From positions 244,714,001 to 244,778,000 of the forward strand of contig OZ024742.1 in the NCBI GenBank assembly GCA_964016885.1: 64,000 nt of DNA. Direction: 5' to 3'. Shown here piece after piece: positions 13,210 through 26,420 of this stretch (position 1 is its first letter; the number at the start of each line of letters is the position of its first letter). The notes under the pieces are model-generated. The model saw nothing but the letters and a program-made list of their open reading frames with translations, was not told where the DNA came from and searched no databases. The DNA is from Eledone cirrhosa (Eukaryota). The translations under genes were made by a program, and so were the position numbers.

Positions 13210-13400
13210 TAATAATGGTTTCTACTTTAGACACAAGGCCAACAATTTTGGGGAGGGGAAAGTCGATTAAATCGACTCCAGTACATTACTGGTACTTTAT
13301 TTTATCGGCCCTGTAAGGATGAAAGCAAAGCTAACCTCGGCGGAATTTGAACTCAGAACGTAAAGGGCTGTAACTCTATGTCGTGAAGCATGGTGCCCGT
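13210..13400 (-). mobile_element. tRNA-derived SINE with Meta/MESC-like core
   Basis: Minus strand GAGTTCAAATTCCGCCGAGG...TTGCTTTCATCCTTACAGGGCCGATAAAATAAAGTACCAGT; related copies near 1200-1390, 7670-7880, 9005-9110, 14663-14810, 27865-28070, 41720-41820, 46553-46700. Confidence 0.7.
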
Positions 13401-14662
13401 GGTGATCTCTTACTCACATAGAGATGGGACAAAGTCTGAAATGGGCTAAACAAGAAGATATTATTTCCTTAGACATTCTAATCACATGTCCATTGAAGTT
13501 ACCAGCTAGGATGATGAATCACATTTGTAACTGAAGTTGTCTATAACAGTTCCTCGTAGAAATGGTTGTGTTCTTTACTTAGTCGTGATTATGGTGCATA
13601 GGTGGAGATAATTGTCATCATTCTACTGTCTACGTCTATTCTGAACTTCATAATTCTGTCAGTGATCTCAATGCGGAGAAGTAGCGGCTATACCTGAAGT
13701 GACCCCTTGATCTCCAAGCTATGCATCCTATCGAGTAACTTTGTTGTCCTAAAACTGTCAGCCCTGCTTAGAACTGACATAGCAATAAACTTCATGGCAG
13801 GATAATTGATAGAAAAAGTTGATCACTAAAAATTGATAACTTCTGATTATATAATTCTAAGGAAAATATTGTTGTTTGGCTCCAGGTCAGTCTTGACTGA
13901 ACAAACCAACAGTGAAAGACATTCCTGCTGTGAACTTCCATTATTTTTATATATCCAATTCTACATTCTCTAATGTATCCTTCATATATTGGTGTGATTT
14001 AAATGTGTTTTGGTTGCTATTCCTAGCAGGCCGAGTGAACACTTAGAAGTTCCTACTTGTGGCCTAGTGGTTATGGTGTTAGACTCAAAATCTAATGGGC
14101 ATTTTCTGCATAAATCAGTATCTTACAGTGGAATATCATGTTTTAATTTTAAGGAAAATGTAGTGGTTGGTGGATGGTATAACTTATCTCCAGTGTGTTG
14201 GAGTATATGTATTTTAAGTCTTTTTCCTTGTGTTTATTTTCCAACTGAGCAGGCAGGGGGGGGGGGGGGGTAGTAGTTAATTTTCAATTCACATTGCTAG
14301 TGTAACAGTTAAGTGGCTACCAACTCCAGTGTTTGTTATGTTAACTTGTTGACCTACAAAATGGTGACAAGTTGTGAAAGAAACTTGAGTTGGTTTTGTG
14401 AATTTTATTACTATAATTCCTGCCAGCTGGCAAAGAGAGGAATATAATACAAAATAACTGAATGGACTTCACAAAGTTTTGCTTCTTATAAATGCATGGT
14501 TTAACAATCCAATTCTAGATTTTTATTTCGTACCTTTAGTGCATATCAATGTTTATAACATTGAAGGAGAATTTTAGCAAGTAATCTTATATTAGACTGA
14601 GAAGGGGAAAAGGTTGATTATTTTCAAGTTCTTTTAGGCAATGGTATAAGGCAGGCATAAGT

Positions 14663-14810
14663 GGCGAATTGGCAGAGTCATTGGAACATCGGATAGAATG
14701 CTTTGCGGTATTCATTCTGGCTCTCTGCTCTCTGAGTTCAAATCGCGCCAAGACCAACTTTGCCTTTCATCCTTTCGAGGTCAATAAAAAGTACCAGTCT
14801 AGTACTGGGA
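14663..14810 (+). mobile_element. tRNA-derived SINE with Meta/MESC-like core
   Basis: GGCGAATTGGCAGAGTC head, GAGTTCAAATC B-box, TTGCCTTTCATCCTTTCGAGGTCAATAAAAAGTACC core. Confidence 0.7.
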
Positions 14811-16608
14811 TTGATTCTCCTCTATATTTTTTTTTTGTTTCCTCTCTCTCACTTTCTACTTTTCTCTGGAAGAAATATGCTGTACTCAGGCCTGGAGAGG
14901 GAGGGGCTCTGCCAGGCTTAAAATGCCCAAGAAACACCATATGTCATACTGTATGACCAAACATACATAAGGCAGGCCTGAGCAACATTTTAGGCAATTG
15001 TATAAGGCAAGCATGAGCAATCTTTTTCAAGCAGTAGGCAGCATAGGATGTGGCTCACCATAAGGTGGGCTGCACTAATAAGAATTTCAAGGCATTCAGA
15101 AAATCAAATGGGCTGCAGCTTACCCATAACTTGTATGAAGGATATAACCAAGTGCGGTTAATACAGTTAATATATATATTTATAACACTGGGTGTAGAGT
15201 CAGTTTCGTAACAGGTTGATGGTTCATCTGGGTGGGTGGTAGTCCATCCGCAGAATAGTCGGATGATTGGGCTGCCATCTTGGCAGAAAGCTGACATGTC
15301 TCGGATCACTGTTGTTCTGGAACCTTCCCCGGAGACCAGCTCACCTAAAATGTTCCTACAAGGAGCAAAGCTCCAGATGGCAACACACGAAAGATTTACG
15401 GAACGCACAAGCCAGACCCAGGAGGATGTAGAGAGTCTGTCCCTCTATCCCTCTCTCCCTTCTTTTTGTTGCATAATTCTCATTTTTTTCTTCTTTTCCT
15501 TTTTTTTTCTCATTTAAATATTTTTTAATTGAAAATATTATCAAATATACTTGCTGTGTCTCACACGATGAGTGGAGGAAGCCAGGTTATGTAACATGGG
15601 GCATCAGTGTGTAATGGAACTCAGAACAGACTTTAAAGATTATATTAAAGAAGAAAATAAACTGGAGTTCTAGAGAGAGATTTTTGTGGAACAAATGGTT
15701 TTGCTGTGGATCTGTGCATTGAGTGGGTTTGGAAGAATGTGGCAAGTTTAACAGAGCAAAGAATATTGTAGTGGCTAAGGAAAAGACTAGTTCAATGTTG
15801 AAGATAAGGAAGAATTTTCTGGCTCAGAAGAGGAAAATAAGCACTTACAATACAATCTTTGCTATGTGAAATGTCAATGATGATGATAGATTGCAGAGAA
15901 GAGACAGTACTTTTTCAAATAGTTTTTGACTAGGCAACAAATAAATAAAATCTTAGTAAAGCTCCTGGTGAAGATAGAATCGGAACTAAGGTATTCTTTT
16001 TACTCAGCTTAATAAATTCCTTGTTATCTGGTATAGGAACAAAAGATATGATATTTACAGCAAAACAGATGCAGGAGAAGTGCTATGAGCAGAACACAAA
16101 TCTTGTCCAGATTTTCATTGATCTAATGAAAGTCTTCAATACTGTGAAGGGACATCCAGTAGAACAATTCTTTGTAATGATAATTACATAATTTCTCAAT
16201 GAAATGGAAGCATGAGAATGGGACAGGACCTGCTAATGTAGAAAATTGTGTCAAACAAGATGACAACCTTGGCTCAACACTTTTATTGAGATTTTGTTGT
16301 TACTCTCGCTCATACTTTTACTGTTAATAGCTCTTCTAGGACATATCTGTTATACCTCGTCTGGTCATCTTTTCAGTTTAACGCATTTTGCTGCCCTTTC
16401 AGAAATCTTTTAATCTCTTCTTTGAGATTTCTTTTAACCCTTTAGTATTTACATTACTCTATATATACTATTATATTTTCATGGTAAAGACTTTACCTCA
16501 CATAATATCAAATCAATGAGATTTTGATATTATTTATTTTGAGAACAATACCATAACATCAGTATGAGCAGCCAGTTACAGAAAGATGTGAGAAAATTCT
16601 GGCCAGAT

Positions 16609-19600
16609 CCTGGTTGTCCATCGTAAACGATGATGACATCTTCTTTACTTTAGTTCCCGTCTGCCATGGGCACGGAGGTGGCTGTGGAGGCCGATCCTTG
16701 ACTTGAAGGTCCGGGGACAGTGGGGGCAGGGGAAGAGACCGGAGTCGCTTGGGGCAGCTGTTGATGCCTTTCTCCTCCTTTCACGGGCCTCAGTGACCTC
16801 TGCCCGTCTCTTCTCTTCAAAAGAGTCTTTGGTGCGTCTGGTAAGGGCTCGCCACTCAGTCCTGTTCTGAGCATTGTACTCGAGTTGTTTTGGGGCAATT
16901 CCAGTGTTGTTGATGCTGGACTTCACACAGTCTTTGAACCTCTTGAGAGGCCTGCTCTGCTTTCGTTTCCCCGAACAGAGTTCCCCATACATCAGTTGTT
17001 TCAGAAGCCTGTGATCGTCCATCCGGATGACATGTCCCACCCATCGAAGTTGGCTCTTCAGTATCATGGCTTCGACACTGGTTGTCTCAGCCATGTAAAG
17101 AACATCGAAGTTGGAGACCTTGTCCAGCCATTTGATGTTCATGATTGACCGCAGGCTGCGCATGTGGAACCGTTCCAGCTGCTTCAGGTGCCTTCTGTAC
17201 AGGGTCCATGTCTCACATCCGTAGAGGAGGCTGGTGAGAACAACGGCTCTGTACACCTTGAGCTTGGTGGACTGCCTGATGTTGTGCTGGTTCAGGACGT
17301 GTGTCCTCAGGCGGCCAAGGGCTTGACTGGCCTTGCAGATTCTGGCGTTTATCTCCTTGTCGAGGCTCCCATCGCTGCTGATGACTCTGCCGAGGTACGT
17401 GAAGTCGTCCACCGTCCTTTAGCTGGGTGCCTCCGATGGAGATGGAAGGAGGGTGGGCGACTGAGGCAGGTGCAGGCTGGAACAGGACCTCAGTCTTGCC
17501 AAGGCTAATTGTGAGACCGAAGAGGCAGGAGGCCTCCGCGAACTTGTTGACGATGAGTTGGAGGTCAGACTCCCTGTGGGCCATGAGGGCACAGTCGTCA
17601 GCAAAAGTAGCCTCCAGGACGATCCCCTGCACAGTCCTTGTCTTGGTCACCAGGCACCGCAGGTCAAACAGGGAGCCGTCCATTCTGTATCGCAGATACG
17701 CTCCGTGCTCGAGGTCCCTGACGGCACAATTGAGCACGCAGGTGAAGATCAGGTTGAAGAGGACGGGAGCCAGCATGCTTCCTTGCTTGACGTCATTGGT
17801 GATTCCGAACATCTCCGATGCCTCTCCGCCCAAGTGCACCTGCCCGGTCATGTCGTCATGGAATTTCTGTATCAGGTTCACAAACTTCATCGGGCATCCA
17901 AACTTCGACAGGATTGACCAGCGGGCCTCCCTGTTGACAGTATTGAAGGCCTTTGTCAAATCTATGAAGACGGCAAAGAGGTCCATGTTCTGCTCAACAC
18001 ACTTCTCCTGCACCTGGCGTACAGAGAAGATCATGTCGATTGTGCTGTGGTTTGGGCGGAACCCACACTGGGCCTCAGGCAGGTTGTCCTCCGAGATGTT
18101 GGCAATGAGGCAGTTGAGCATGACCCGAGCCAGGACCTTCCCAGCGATGGACAGGAGAGAAATGCCCCGATAGTTGCCACAGTCAGTTTTGCTGCCTTTG
18201 TTCTTAAAAAGTGAGACAACTGTGGCATCCCTGAAGTCTTTGGGCACCTCTTCTTCCTCCCATATGCTGATGAGGAGGGTGTGGAAGGCCCCCAGGGCAG
18301 CTGGACTGGCCAACTTGAAGATCTCGGCAGGAATCCCGTCCTTCCCAGGGGCCTTTCCTGAGCTGGTCTGGTTGATTACCTTAGTGACTTCATCCAACGT
18401 GGGGGGAGGTCGAGGCTGCCAACTACGGGCTTCTGTGGGATCTGGTCGAGGGCGGCAGGGTCGACAGTGGAGGGCCTGTTGAGCAGGTTGCTGAAGTGCT
18501 CTCTCCACCTCGAGTTGATGCTGCTCTTCTCCTTCAGCAGGGCTGAGCTGTCAGCAGACAGCAGCGGTGTGGTGACAGGCTTGGGGGGTCCGTAGACGTC
18601 CACGATGACGCTGAAGAAGATCTTGGAGTTCTTTGTGTCAGTGTATCTCTCGACTTCTTTGGTCCTCTTTTCCCACCACTTGTCCTGCATTCTGCGTAGC
18701 GCTGCTTGGGTCTGCCTCTGGCAGTGCTTGAAGCGGTCGCACTTCGAGTTGGAGGAGCTGTCATTCTGCCACTCAATGAAAGCCCTCCTCTTCTCATCCA
18801 GGAGTTGTCAGATGCGCTCATCGTTTTGATCAAACCAGTCCTGGTAGACTCTCTTCCTCGGCCCGATGGTTGCCTTGGCTGACTCTGTCACCAGTCACCT
18901 GAACTGGTCCCACTGTTGAGTTGGGAGTCCGGTCAGTAGTCCATGAGCAGTCAGCTGGCCGTCCAGGTCTTCCGCGAACGCATCACGATGCTCTGGCTGC
19001 TTGAGTCGTGCGACGTCGAAAGCTGGCCTACAGACTTTCGGAGTCTTGCGATGCGTTGGGGTGATGTGCAGTGACAGGATGGTCCTGACAAGGTGATGGT
19101 CGGTCCAACACTCTGCACCATGCATGGCCCTGGTGATTGTGACGTCACAGCTGTCCATCCTGCGGCATATAGCAAAGTCAATCAGATGCCACTGTTTGGA
19201 TCTGGGATGCATTCATGTCGTCTTGAACTTGTCTGCCTGGCGGAACAGTGTGCTGGTGATGGTAAAGTCGTTCTCCGCGTAGAAACTCAACAGTATGAGG
19301 CCGTTAGAGTTCAGCTTCCCTGTGCCGTGAAGTCCCAGCACGCCTCTCCAGTTGCTGCTGTCAGACCCGACTCTTGCATTGAAGTACCCCAGTAGGATGA
19401 GTTTATCGTTTGGGGGGACGCCCTTCACGAGTGCGTTGAGTTCCCCATAGAAAGTGTCCTTTGCTTCATCGCTGCTGGTGTGAGTGGGGGCGTTCGCGCT
19501 GATGACTGTGACATGCCTAGATGGGTCGAGGGAGAAGCGGAGCTTCATCAGCCACTCATTCACAGGTGTTGGGAGGTCTTGTAGCTGCTTGCAGAGTGAA

Positions 19601-20897
19601 GTCCTGATGGCCAGGCCTACCCCATAGATTCTGTCCTCGTCCTTTACATTGCCCTTCCAGAAGAAGGTGTAGCCTCCTTTCAGTTCTGCTACTGATCCTT
19701 CTTCGGCAAGTCTAGTCTCACTGAAGTTGGCTATGTCGATCCGGTAGCGAGCTAATTCCCTTGCTATGAGGGCAGTTCTTCTCTCTGGCCTCAAGGAGGT
19801 TTCCCTATCCATGAGGGTGCGCACATTCCATGCGTCAAGAATCAAGTTCTTCTTTCTATTATGTTGGTTTCGACCTCTTACAAGGGTAAAACAGCCAGCA
19901 GCGGTAGACTGGCCGGCTTTGTGTGGTACGTGCATTTGGTTAGGGCTCCTTTTATCGCCCCTCCCCGCGCATGAGGGTGAGCAGTGCTCCCCTGAAAAGG
20001 AGTGCTCAGTCGCCCAGTGGAATGCCTAATCTCTTCTGTCATCCCAGGGTCAGGAGGAGAACGACTTGCGCATCCAGGCCGCCCACGTGTGGGTTTGAGA
20101 CTGGCCACTCCCAGAGGTTACCTTCACCTCTCGCCCATCGCCGCAGGGCTTTGGGAGTGCATGCCAAAGAAGAAACCTGTGCGGGAAAGGTTTATAGTGG
20201 GAGGGCCAGTGCACAGTCACGGTCCCACTCACTCAGCCGCAGAAGCCAGAATCCGGTGGTACGGAGGACCGTCACGACCAGGGACTTCCTTAGCTGCAGT
20301 GGATGGCCACGATGTCTGTAGTGCCTTGCCGTGCCCTAGCGCACCACACCGCTTGCTGTCGCCGCCTTCGTGACCATTGGGACGATGTTGTCCTCCTCCA
20401 CTCACTTCGCCAGGTCCAGTATTCGCATGCAGGGGCAGGCAACCCTTATCTAACTCACCGGGGGGTTTCAGACCTGTCCGGCTACCCTCAACCTGGTTCG
20501 GCTCGCCAGCCAAGTGGTGTTACATGCTACAGCTTCTTGGGGCCACAGGTGAGAGCTGGGTGTCAGTGGGACCCAATGCAGGACGAGCTGTCCTGAAAAG
20601 GGCATGGCTAGCCCTCCCTACAGAGGTACATGTCCCTCCCTGACACCCCAGGCATATACACACGCATATACATATACATATGTACATGTGTATATACATA
20701 TTTACACATTTTTGGATGGCCGTTGACTCTTATCAATTCTTCCACCCTTTGTCAGGTTTTGTTTTTTGTCCTGCAGGGTGTCCCAAATCACCCTCCTCAC
20801 CAAGTAAACTTGGTGGGGTTGCCAGTTTAGTTGCCGACAACCCGACCATGCGACAGGTTGTACTGGTTTACATGTTACCAGTAGCACTCAAGAGTGA
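16609..20897 (-). mobile_element. near full-length RTE (BovB-like) LINE, ~4.3 kb, CCAGAT TSD
   Basis: ~960-bp 5'UTR, APE endonuclease (AWNVRTL, SETRL, YFNARVG), RT (KQGSMLAP, FADD), C-terminal CPHC..H..H finger; CCAGAT at 16603-16608 and 20898-20903. Confidence 0.95.
16645..19935 (-). pseudogene. disrupted RTE ORF (endonuclease, reverse transcriptase, C2H2 finger)
   Basis: Colinear ORF pieces 19213-19935, 18895-19212, 18376-18690, 17213-18508, 16645-17412 separated by stops and frameshifts. Confidence 0.92.
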
Positions 20898-21505
20898 CCA
20901 GATACAGTCAGTTTAAATGCTAAAGGGTTAAACAAATGATTGCAGCTTATTACTCATACTGCTGAAAATTTGCAAATTCTCATGAATCATACATATTTCT
21001 GCATCTTGTTAAGTGTTTTTACTCAGCATTAACCTGCACCAGGAATTAAATACATGAAACTATTTATCTCAGTTGAAGTAACAGAACTGCAACTAGTTGA
21101 CTATCTGGGTAGCATATTTGGCCATCCTTGATGATGAAATATAAAAGCAAATGATTTCTTCAGAGCTCTTGAGTCTTGTCTTGTTCCAACATAGTATCAT
21201 TAAATTAACACGTTACTGTGTATTGACTTCTCTTCTTTGCTCCTGTGAAACACAGATCCTTTACGAGTATTATATAAAGAGTCTTGAGCACTTGAGCACT
21301 TTCATCAAAGATGTTTACAACATTCTGAATGCAAGCTGATTCTTACAAACATCAGAAACGGATTTTGATGGGAGCTGAAGTCTTGAACATTGAAGAAATA
21401 GTACATGATAACTGTGTTGGACTTGACACCTTGTATGTATGAGGTGTCAGAGGATTCCAAAGCAAATGCCATATGGTGAGCTTGCATGCAGAGAATGCCC
21501 TCAGC

Positions 21506-22830
21506 ACATCATCATCATCATCATCATCATACGTCCGCTTTTTCCCTGCTTGCAAGGGTGGGACGGGTCTTATTCAGCACAGCATCTCTCCACTTGTCAC
21601 GGTCCTTCGTCATCTCCACCGTGACCTTCAGCGATCGGAGGTCTGTTCTCACCACCTCCGCCCATGTTTTTCGTGGATTACCTCTACCACGACTTCCTAC
21701 AACTGGTATTTCCTGGCACTTCTTCACCCATCGGTCATCCTCCATGCACATCACATGTCCATACCACCTCAGTCTCCTCTCTCGCACATTACATTCTATC
21801 CCTCTCAGACAAAGTTTCTCTCTCAACACATTCATGCTGGGTCGTTCACGCACATTATCATTGCACATCCAAACGGAGCATGCTTGCCTCATTTCTCTCC
21901 AACCATCGCATATCCTCTGCAGTTGCTGCCCATGTCTCACTACCATGCAACATCACGCTCCTCACACAGGCATCAAATAACCGGCCTTTCATACGCAGGG
22001 AGAAACCCTTCTTCGTCAGCAGAGGAAGCAGCTCCCTAAACTTCTTCCAACACGTCTTTATTCTAGATACTATGGCCTCAGAACACCCCCCACCCTCCCA
22101 TGCTAATCTGATCTCCTAGGTACCGGAAGCTATCCCCCACTTCTATAGCACCCGCCTGCATTTGAAAAATGTGTCTATCAATGCGACTTGTACTGTCTAA
22201 TTTCCCTGTACATCTACTGCATACGTATTTCTCCCTACCTGTTAGTTTGCCTGCTATCCCACTACATCTCTTGTGTACCCAGTGCATTTTATAGAATTTA
22301 TCCCAGTTCCTTTTCTGCATATCGAGCATAGCCATTTCCCTGACGGAATCAGAGTTTTGTCCTCTTTTCTACTCATCAACACTTTTGTCTTAGCTAGGTT
22401 CACTCTCAGTCCTCTTGCTTCCAACTGCTGTTTCCATAGCCAGAATTTGTTCTCTAGCTCCTCTACTGATTCTGCTATATGAACCAGATTGGCAGCATAG
22501 AGAAGTTCCCATGGACAACCAGTCTTAAACTCCTCTGTTATGGCTTGGAGGACTATAATGAACAAGAGCGGGCTGAGGACCGAACCTTGATGTACTCCTA
22601 CTTGTATCTGGAATTCCTCACTAAACTCCATTCCTACCCTGACTTTACTGAGAGTACCTCTGTACAAAGTTTGCACTGTCCTCACAAGCCATTCCTCAAC
22701 AGCTAGTTTCCTTAGGGACCACCAGATGACAGATCGGGATACCCTATCAAAGGCCTTCTCTAGGTCAACAAAGGCTAAGTATAGTGGCTTATTCTTCTCT
22801 AAGAACCTCTCTTGTAATTGTCTCACCAAG
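21506..22830 (-). mobile_element. 5'-truncated RTE/RTEX-like LINE with (ATG)n tail
   Basis: ORFs 22254-22829 (AFVDLEKAFDRV, GVHQGSVLSP) and 21527-21946 (RRLRWYGHV...GRGNPRKTW). Confidence 0.9.
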
Positions 22831-23615
22831 AAGAGGGCACAAATCCAAGCTATTGTTTAAGTATTGTGTTAAGGCCTCTTCGAAAGCATTTCAAATATTG
22901 AGGTCAAATGGGAAAGAAATGTTTTTCATCACTACCAGTAGAGAAAATGACTAAAAGATGTTTTTGAAAAAATAAGCATATATCGTTCAGAATTTAACTG
23001 AACTGCATAAAAATGTCAACTTTGTAAAGTAGATGAGGTAAAGTTTATATGCAGTATTTGTGGTCATATAAGTCTTTGAAAGCTGTTCTTATTAGTCAAC
23101 AATGAAGTCATAAGGTGAGACAAAATGTTGACTACAGTATGTTCATGACAAGCAATTTCATAAGAGGCAGTACACGTGGGAAGGCTTCCAAATATATTGG
23201 TGGATTAAGAAGACATTGTGCTCAATATCAGAATACATTTCTGCATTCTGATGTGCTCAAAGAAATGACATTAAGAATTGCAATTAATTCTTGCTTTCAA
23301 TCTGTAATATCCTAGCCTTAGGAATCTGAATACTATTATGATGGCACCTCCTGGTGCACAATGTTTTTTGGTTTTACTAGCAGGGCCATAGATAACACAA
23401 TAGTGAGCAGGGGTGATACCAAATTTCAAACATCCTACATAAAATTTGCTATGTGTAAACTGGATTAATGCTCATCTGTTTCTGCTACTGTCAGAACTGA
23501 GTTGCATTTGGCTGCAGAGGATATTGTAAGGTTGAAACATCTCAGCTGGGGTCAAACTCCTAACTTAAATGTGTGTATCTAGATAATAAATATATAGAAA
23601 AAGAAATTTGAAGGC

Positions 23616-23689
23616 TGGCTTGTATGGAGATCAAACGTACAACATTTGCAGTATTAACAAGACACTCTAATTAACTGAGCTAACCAACC
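23616..23689 (-). pseudogene. degenerate tRNA-Ile(AAU)-like sequence
   Basis: GGTTGGTTAGCTCAGTTAATTAGAGTGTCTTGTTAATACTGCAAATGTTGTACGTTTGATCTCCATACAAGCCA aligns by eye with eukaryotic tRNA-Ile-AAT, with many C>T/G>A changes. Confidence 0.7.
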
Positions 23690-23871
23690 TTTCATTATTT
23701 TGACTTAAAATATTAAAGGATAGATGAGAAACGTACAAACAGGAGAATAATACAGTACAGTGATGATATATATATTAGTTTAATGCTGGATATAATAGGA
23801 AAAGAGTCTTGACATTTCAGAAGTTAGTCCTTCATCGAAAGATAGAATGACGTGAGGGACAGAAGAATAGA

Positions 23872-24835
23872 CATCATCATCATCATCATCATCGTTTTAT
23901 GTCCGTTGTTCCACGCTAGCATGGGTTAGACAGGTTGTCCTGTTGTGAGCAGTGTCCAGTCGGCTGACCTTGTCTTGCTCATACAGGAACTGATTCTTTC
24001 TTGATTTCTACAGCTGGATGCCCTTCCTAACACCAACCTCATTTACAGTGAGTGCTGGGTGCTTTTTTCCATAGCGCCTACACTTCCACTTTACAGTGTG
24101 GGCTGGGTGCTTTTTTGCCGTGGCACCTCTACGACCACTTTGCAGTGGGAGGGTGTAGGGGCATATTGTTTATATGCTTCAGTTTCAGCTTGTTCCTGTG
24201 GAGGGTCAGGTCTTCTGTGTTACTGTGTGACGCCAGAGGTCACGGTTGTGTGTCATTGCTCTTGAGAGGTGCAATTGGGTAAGGTTGGCCTTTATCATCT
24301 CATCCCAAGTCTTCTTGGGTCTCCCCACTCTGTGGCTTCCATTGACTTCTAGTGCTCTGCACCTTTTTATGCAGCTGTCATCCGGCACACAACATTTGAT
24401 TCCTCTGATGCTCAGTCTCTCTCTCAATTCGTTTATACTTTGCCGTTCGCATATATTACTATTACACATCCGTCGGAGCATGCAAGCTTCATTTCTTTCT
24501 AATCTGCGCAAGTCTTCTACAGACAGTGCCCAGGTTTCACTTCCATGTAATATTGCTGTTCGTATACATGCATCATTTTGAGGGAAAAGCCTTTTGCAGC
24601 TAGCAGTGTCAGTAGCTCCCTGAACTTCTTCCATCCCGTTCTTACCCTAGTTATTGTACTTTCCGAACACCTACCTCCGCTGCTAATTCGGTCACCTAGG
24701 TAGCAGAAGCTGTCTACTGTTTCTACAGAGCCCTCCCACAGTTTGGTGGTACTTGTTTCCTGTGGTCGTTTGCTGCTTGCTGTCTCAGCGCAGCTGCTAC
24801 ATATGAAGCCTACATTCTTAGTTAAACTTCCTGAT
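23872..24835 (-). mobile_element. 5'-truncated RTE/RTEX-like LINE with long 3' module and (ATG)n tail
   Basis: ORF 24206-24634 (LHGSETW, GRPKKTW). Confidence 0.88.
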
Positions 24836-24892
24836 ATATATTCATTGACTGGTAATCAAGTATCAGTCAACCAAGATACATTTAATTATGGC

Positions 24893-26420
24893 TATCATCA
24901 TCATCATCATTTAACGTCTATCTTCCACGCTAGCATAGGTTAGACGGGAATTGTCCCACTTGAGGAGAGATTGGTCGGGTGACTGTGTCTCACTCGTATA
25001 GGACTATCTGGCAGTTTTTCTATGGCTGGATGCCCTTCCTAACACCAATCACATTTACAGTGTGGACTGGGAACTTCTTACCATGTTACCTACATGGCCA
25101 CATTACAGAGTGGACTGTGTGTTTTTTTTTTTGTCGTGACACCTACACGACCTCATTAATTTGAACTGGATGTTGTGGTACCAACATAACTTTATAGAGA
25201 AAGGGTGGTGTTGGTGGGAGTGGGAGGATAGAGTAGGAGTAGTGGGTTGGGGTGTATATTTGGTTAAGAGGTGCCTACTGACTGTAGGTTTCGCTTTGTA
25301 CATAGGCAAGGCGAGTCTTTTGTATTACTGTGTGGTACCAAAGATGTCGGTCCAGTGACATTGTCTTAGAGAGGTGCAAGTGTGTAAGGTTGGAATTTAT
25401 CAAATCGTCCCAGGTTTTTCTGGGTCTACCTACTCCGTAACTTCCATCAATTTTGATCGCCCTGCACTTTTTTTATACAACTGTCGTCTTTCATGCACAT
25501 CACGTGTCCATACCAACGTAGTCTTCTCTCAAGTAAACAGCGTTTGATCCCTCTTATTCCTAATTTCTTACTTAGTTCATTTATGTTTTGCCGTTCACGT
25601 ATATTACTATTACACATCCAACAGAGCATGCATGCTTCGTTCCTTTCCAGTCTGCGCAGCTCTTCTGCACACAATTCCCATGTCTCACTGCTATGTAACA
25701 TTGCTGTTCGTTTACAGGCATCATACAATCTGCCTTTCATTTTTAGAGAGAAACCTTTTGTGGCCAACAGGCGTATAAGCTCTCTGAACTTTTTCCATCC
25801 CGTTCTGACTCTGGCTACTTTACTTTCAGAGCACCCTCCACCACTGCTGGTTTTGTCACCCAGGTAACGCCCATCTGGGCAATAAAAGGAGCTAGTATCC
25901 TGTGGGCACTTGCTACTTATTGCACCTGAGCATCGGCCAACATATAAAATCTACATGCTTAGATAGCTTACCTGTGATCCCACTACATCTTTTATGTACC
26001 CATAGTTTCCATTTGGGACATAAAATGGAATTTCTACCTACTCCTTTCCTACACACTGAGCATGGCCATTTCCCAGAGGGCACCTGTGCCCTATTTTCCT
26101 TTCTACATACTAGAACTTTAGTCTTACACAAGTTAACTTCAAGGCCATTTGATTGAAGGACATGCTTCCATGTTTGGAATTTCAGCCATAGATTCAGCTA
26201 TGAGAGTTAGATCATTTGCGTATAGAAGTTCCCATGGGCAGCCGGTCTTAAACTCCTTTGTTATAGCCTGAAGGGCAATAATAAATAGGAGGGGGCTAAG
26301 GACAGAGCCTTGATGAACACCAACTTTTACGCTAAATTCTTCACTGTATTCATTGTTAATTCTAACCTTGCTGACTGTTTCTTTATACCTGGCTTGTATA
26401 GCTCTCACAAGCCATTCATC
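24893..26420 (-). mobile_element. 5'-truncated RTE/RTEX-like LINE
   Basis: ORFs 26139-26486 (GVHQGSVLSP, YAND), 25913-26131 (WPCSVC), 25447-25767. Confidence 0.88.

Larger units (their letters stand above)
16434..20931 (+). mobile_element. piggyBac-type MITE split by an RTE insertion (16434-16608 and 20898-20931)
   Basis: Left half ends TTCTGGCCAGAT and right half resumes CCAGATACAGTCAGTTTAAATGCTAAAGGGTTAA. Confidence 0.85.
15870..23000 (+). mobile_element. old, heavily decayed RTE LINE in three pieces (~15870-16433, 20932-21505, 22831-~23000)
   Basis: Manual translation gives GTKDMIFTAKQMQEKCYEQNTNLVQIFIDLMKVFNTV, then THTAENLQILMN, QRIPKQMPYGELA, KLLFKYCVKAS, colinear across the insertions. 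Confidence 0.7.

Noticed and set aside
15190-15470. GC-richer island with ORFs on both strands
   Set aside because: No recognisable motif or termini; probably an unclassified repeat fragment
17427-18482. Long plus-strand ORFs
   Set aside because: Antisense shadows of the GC-rich RTE ORF
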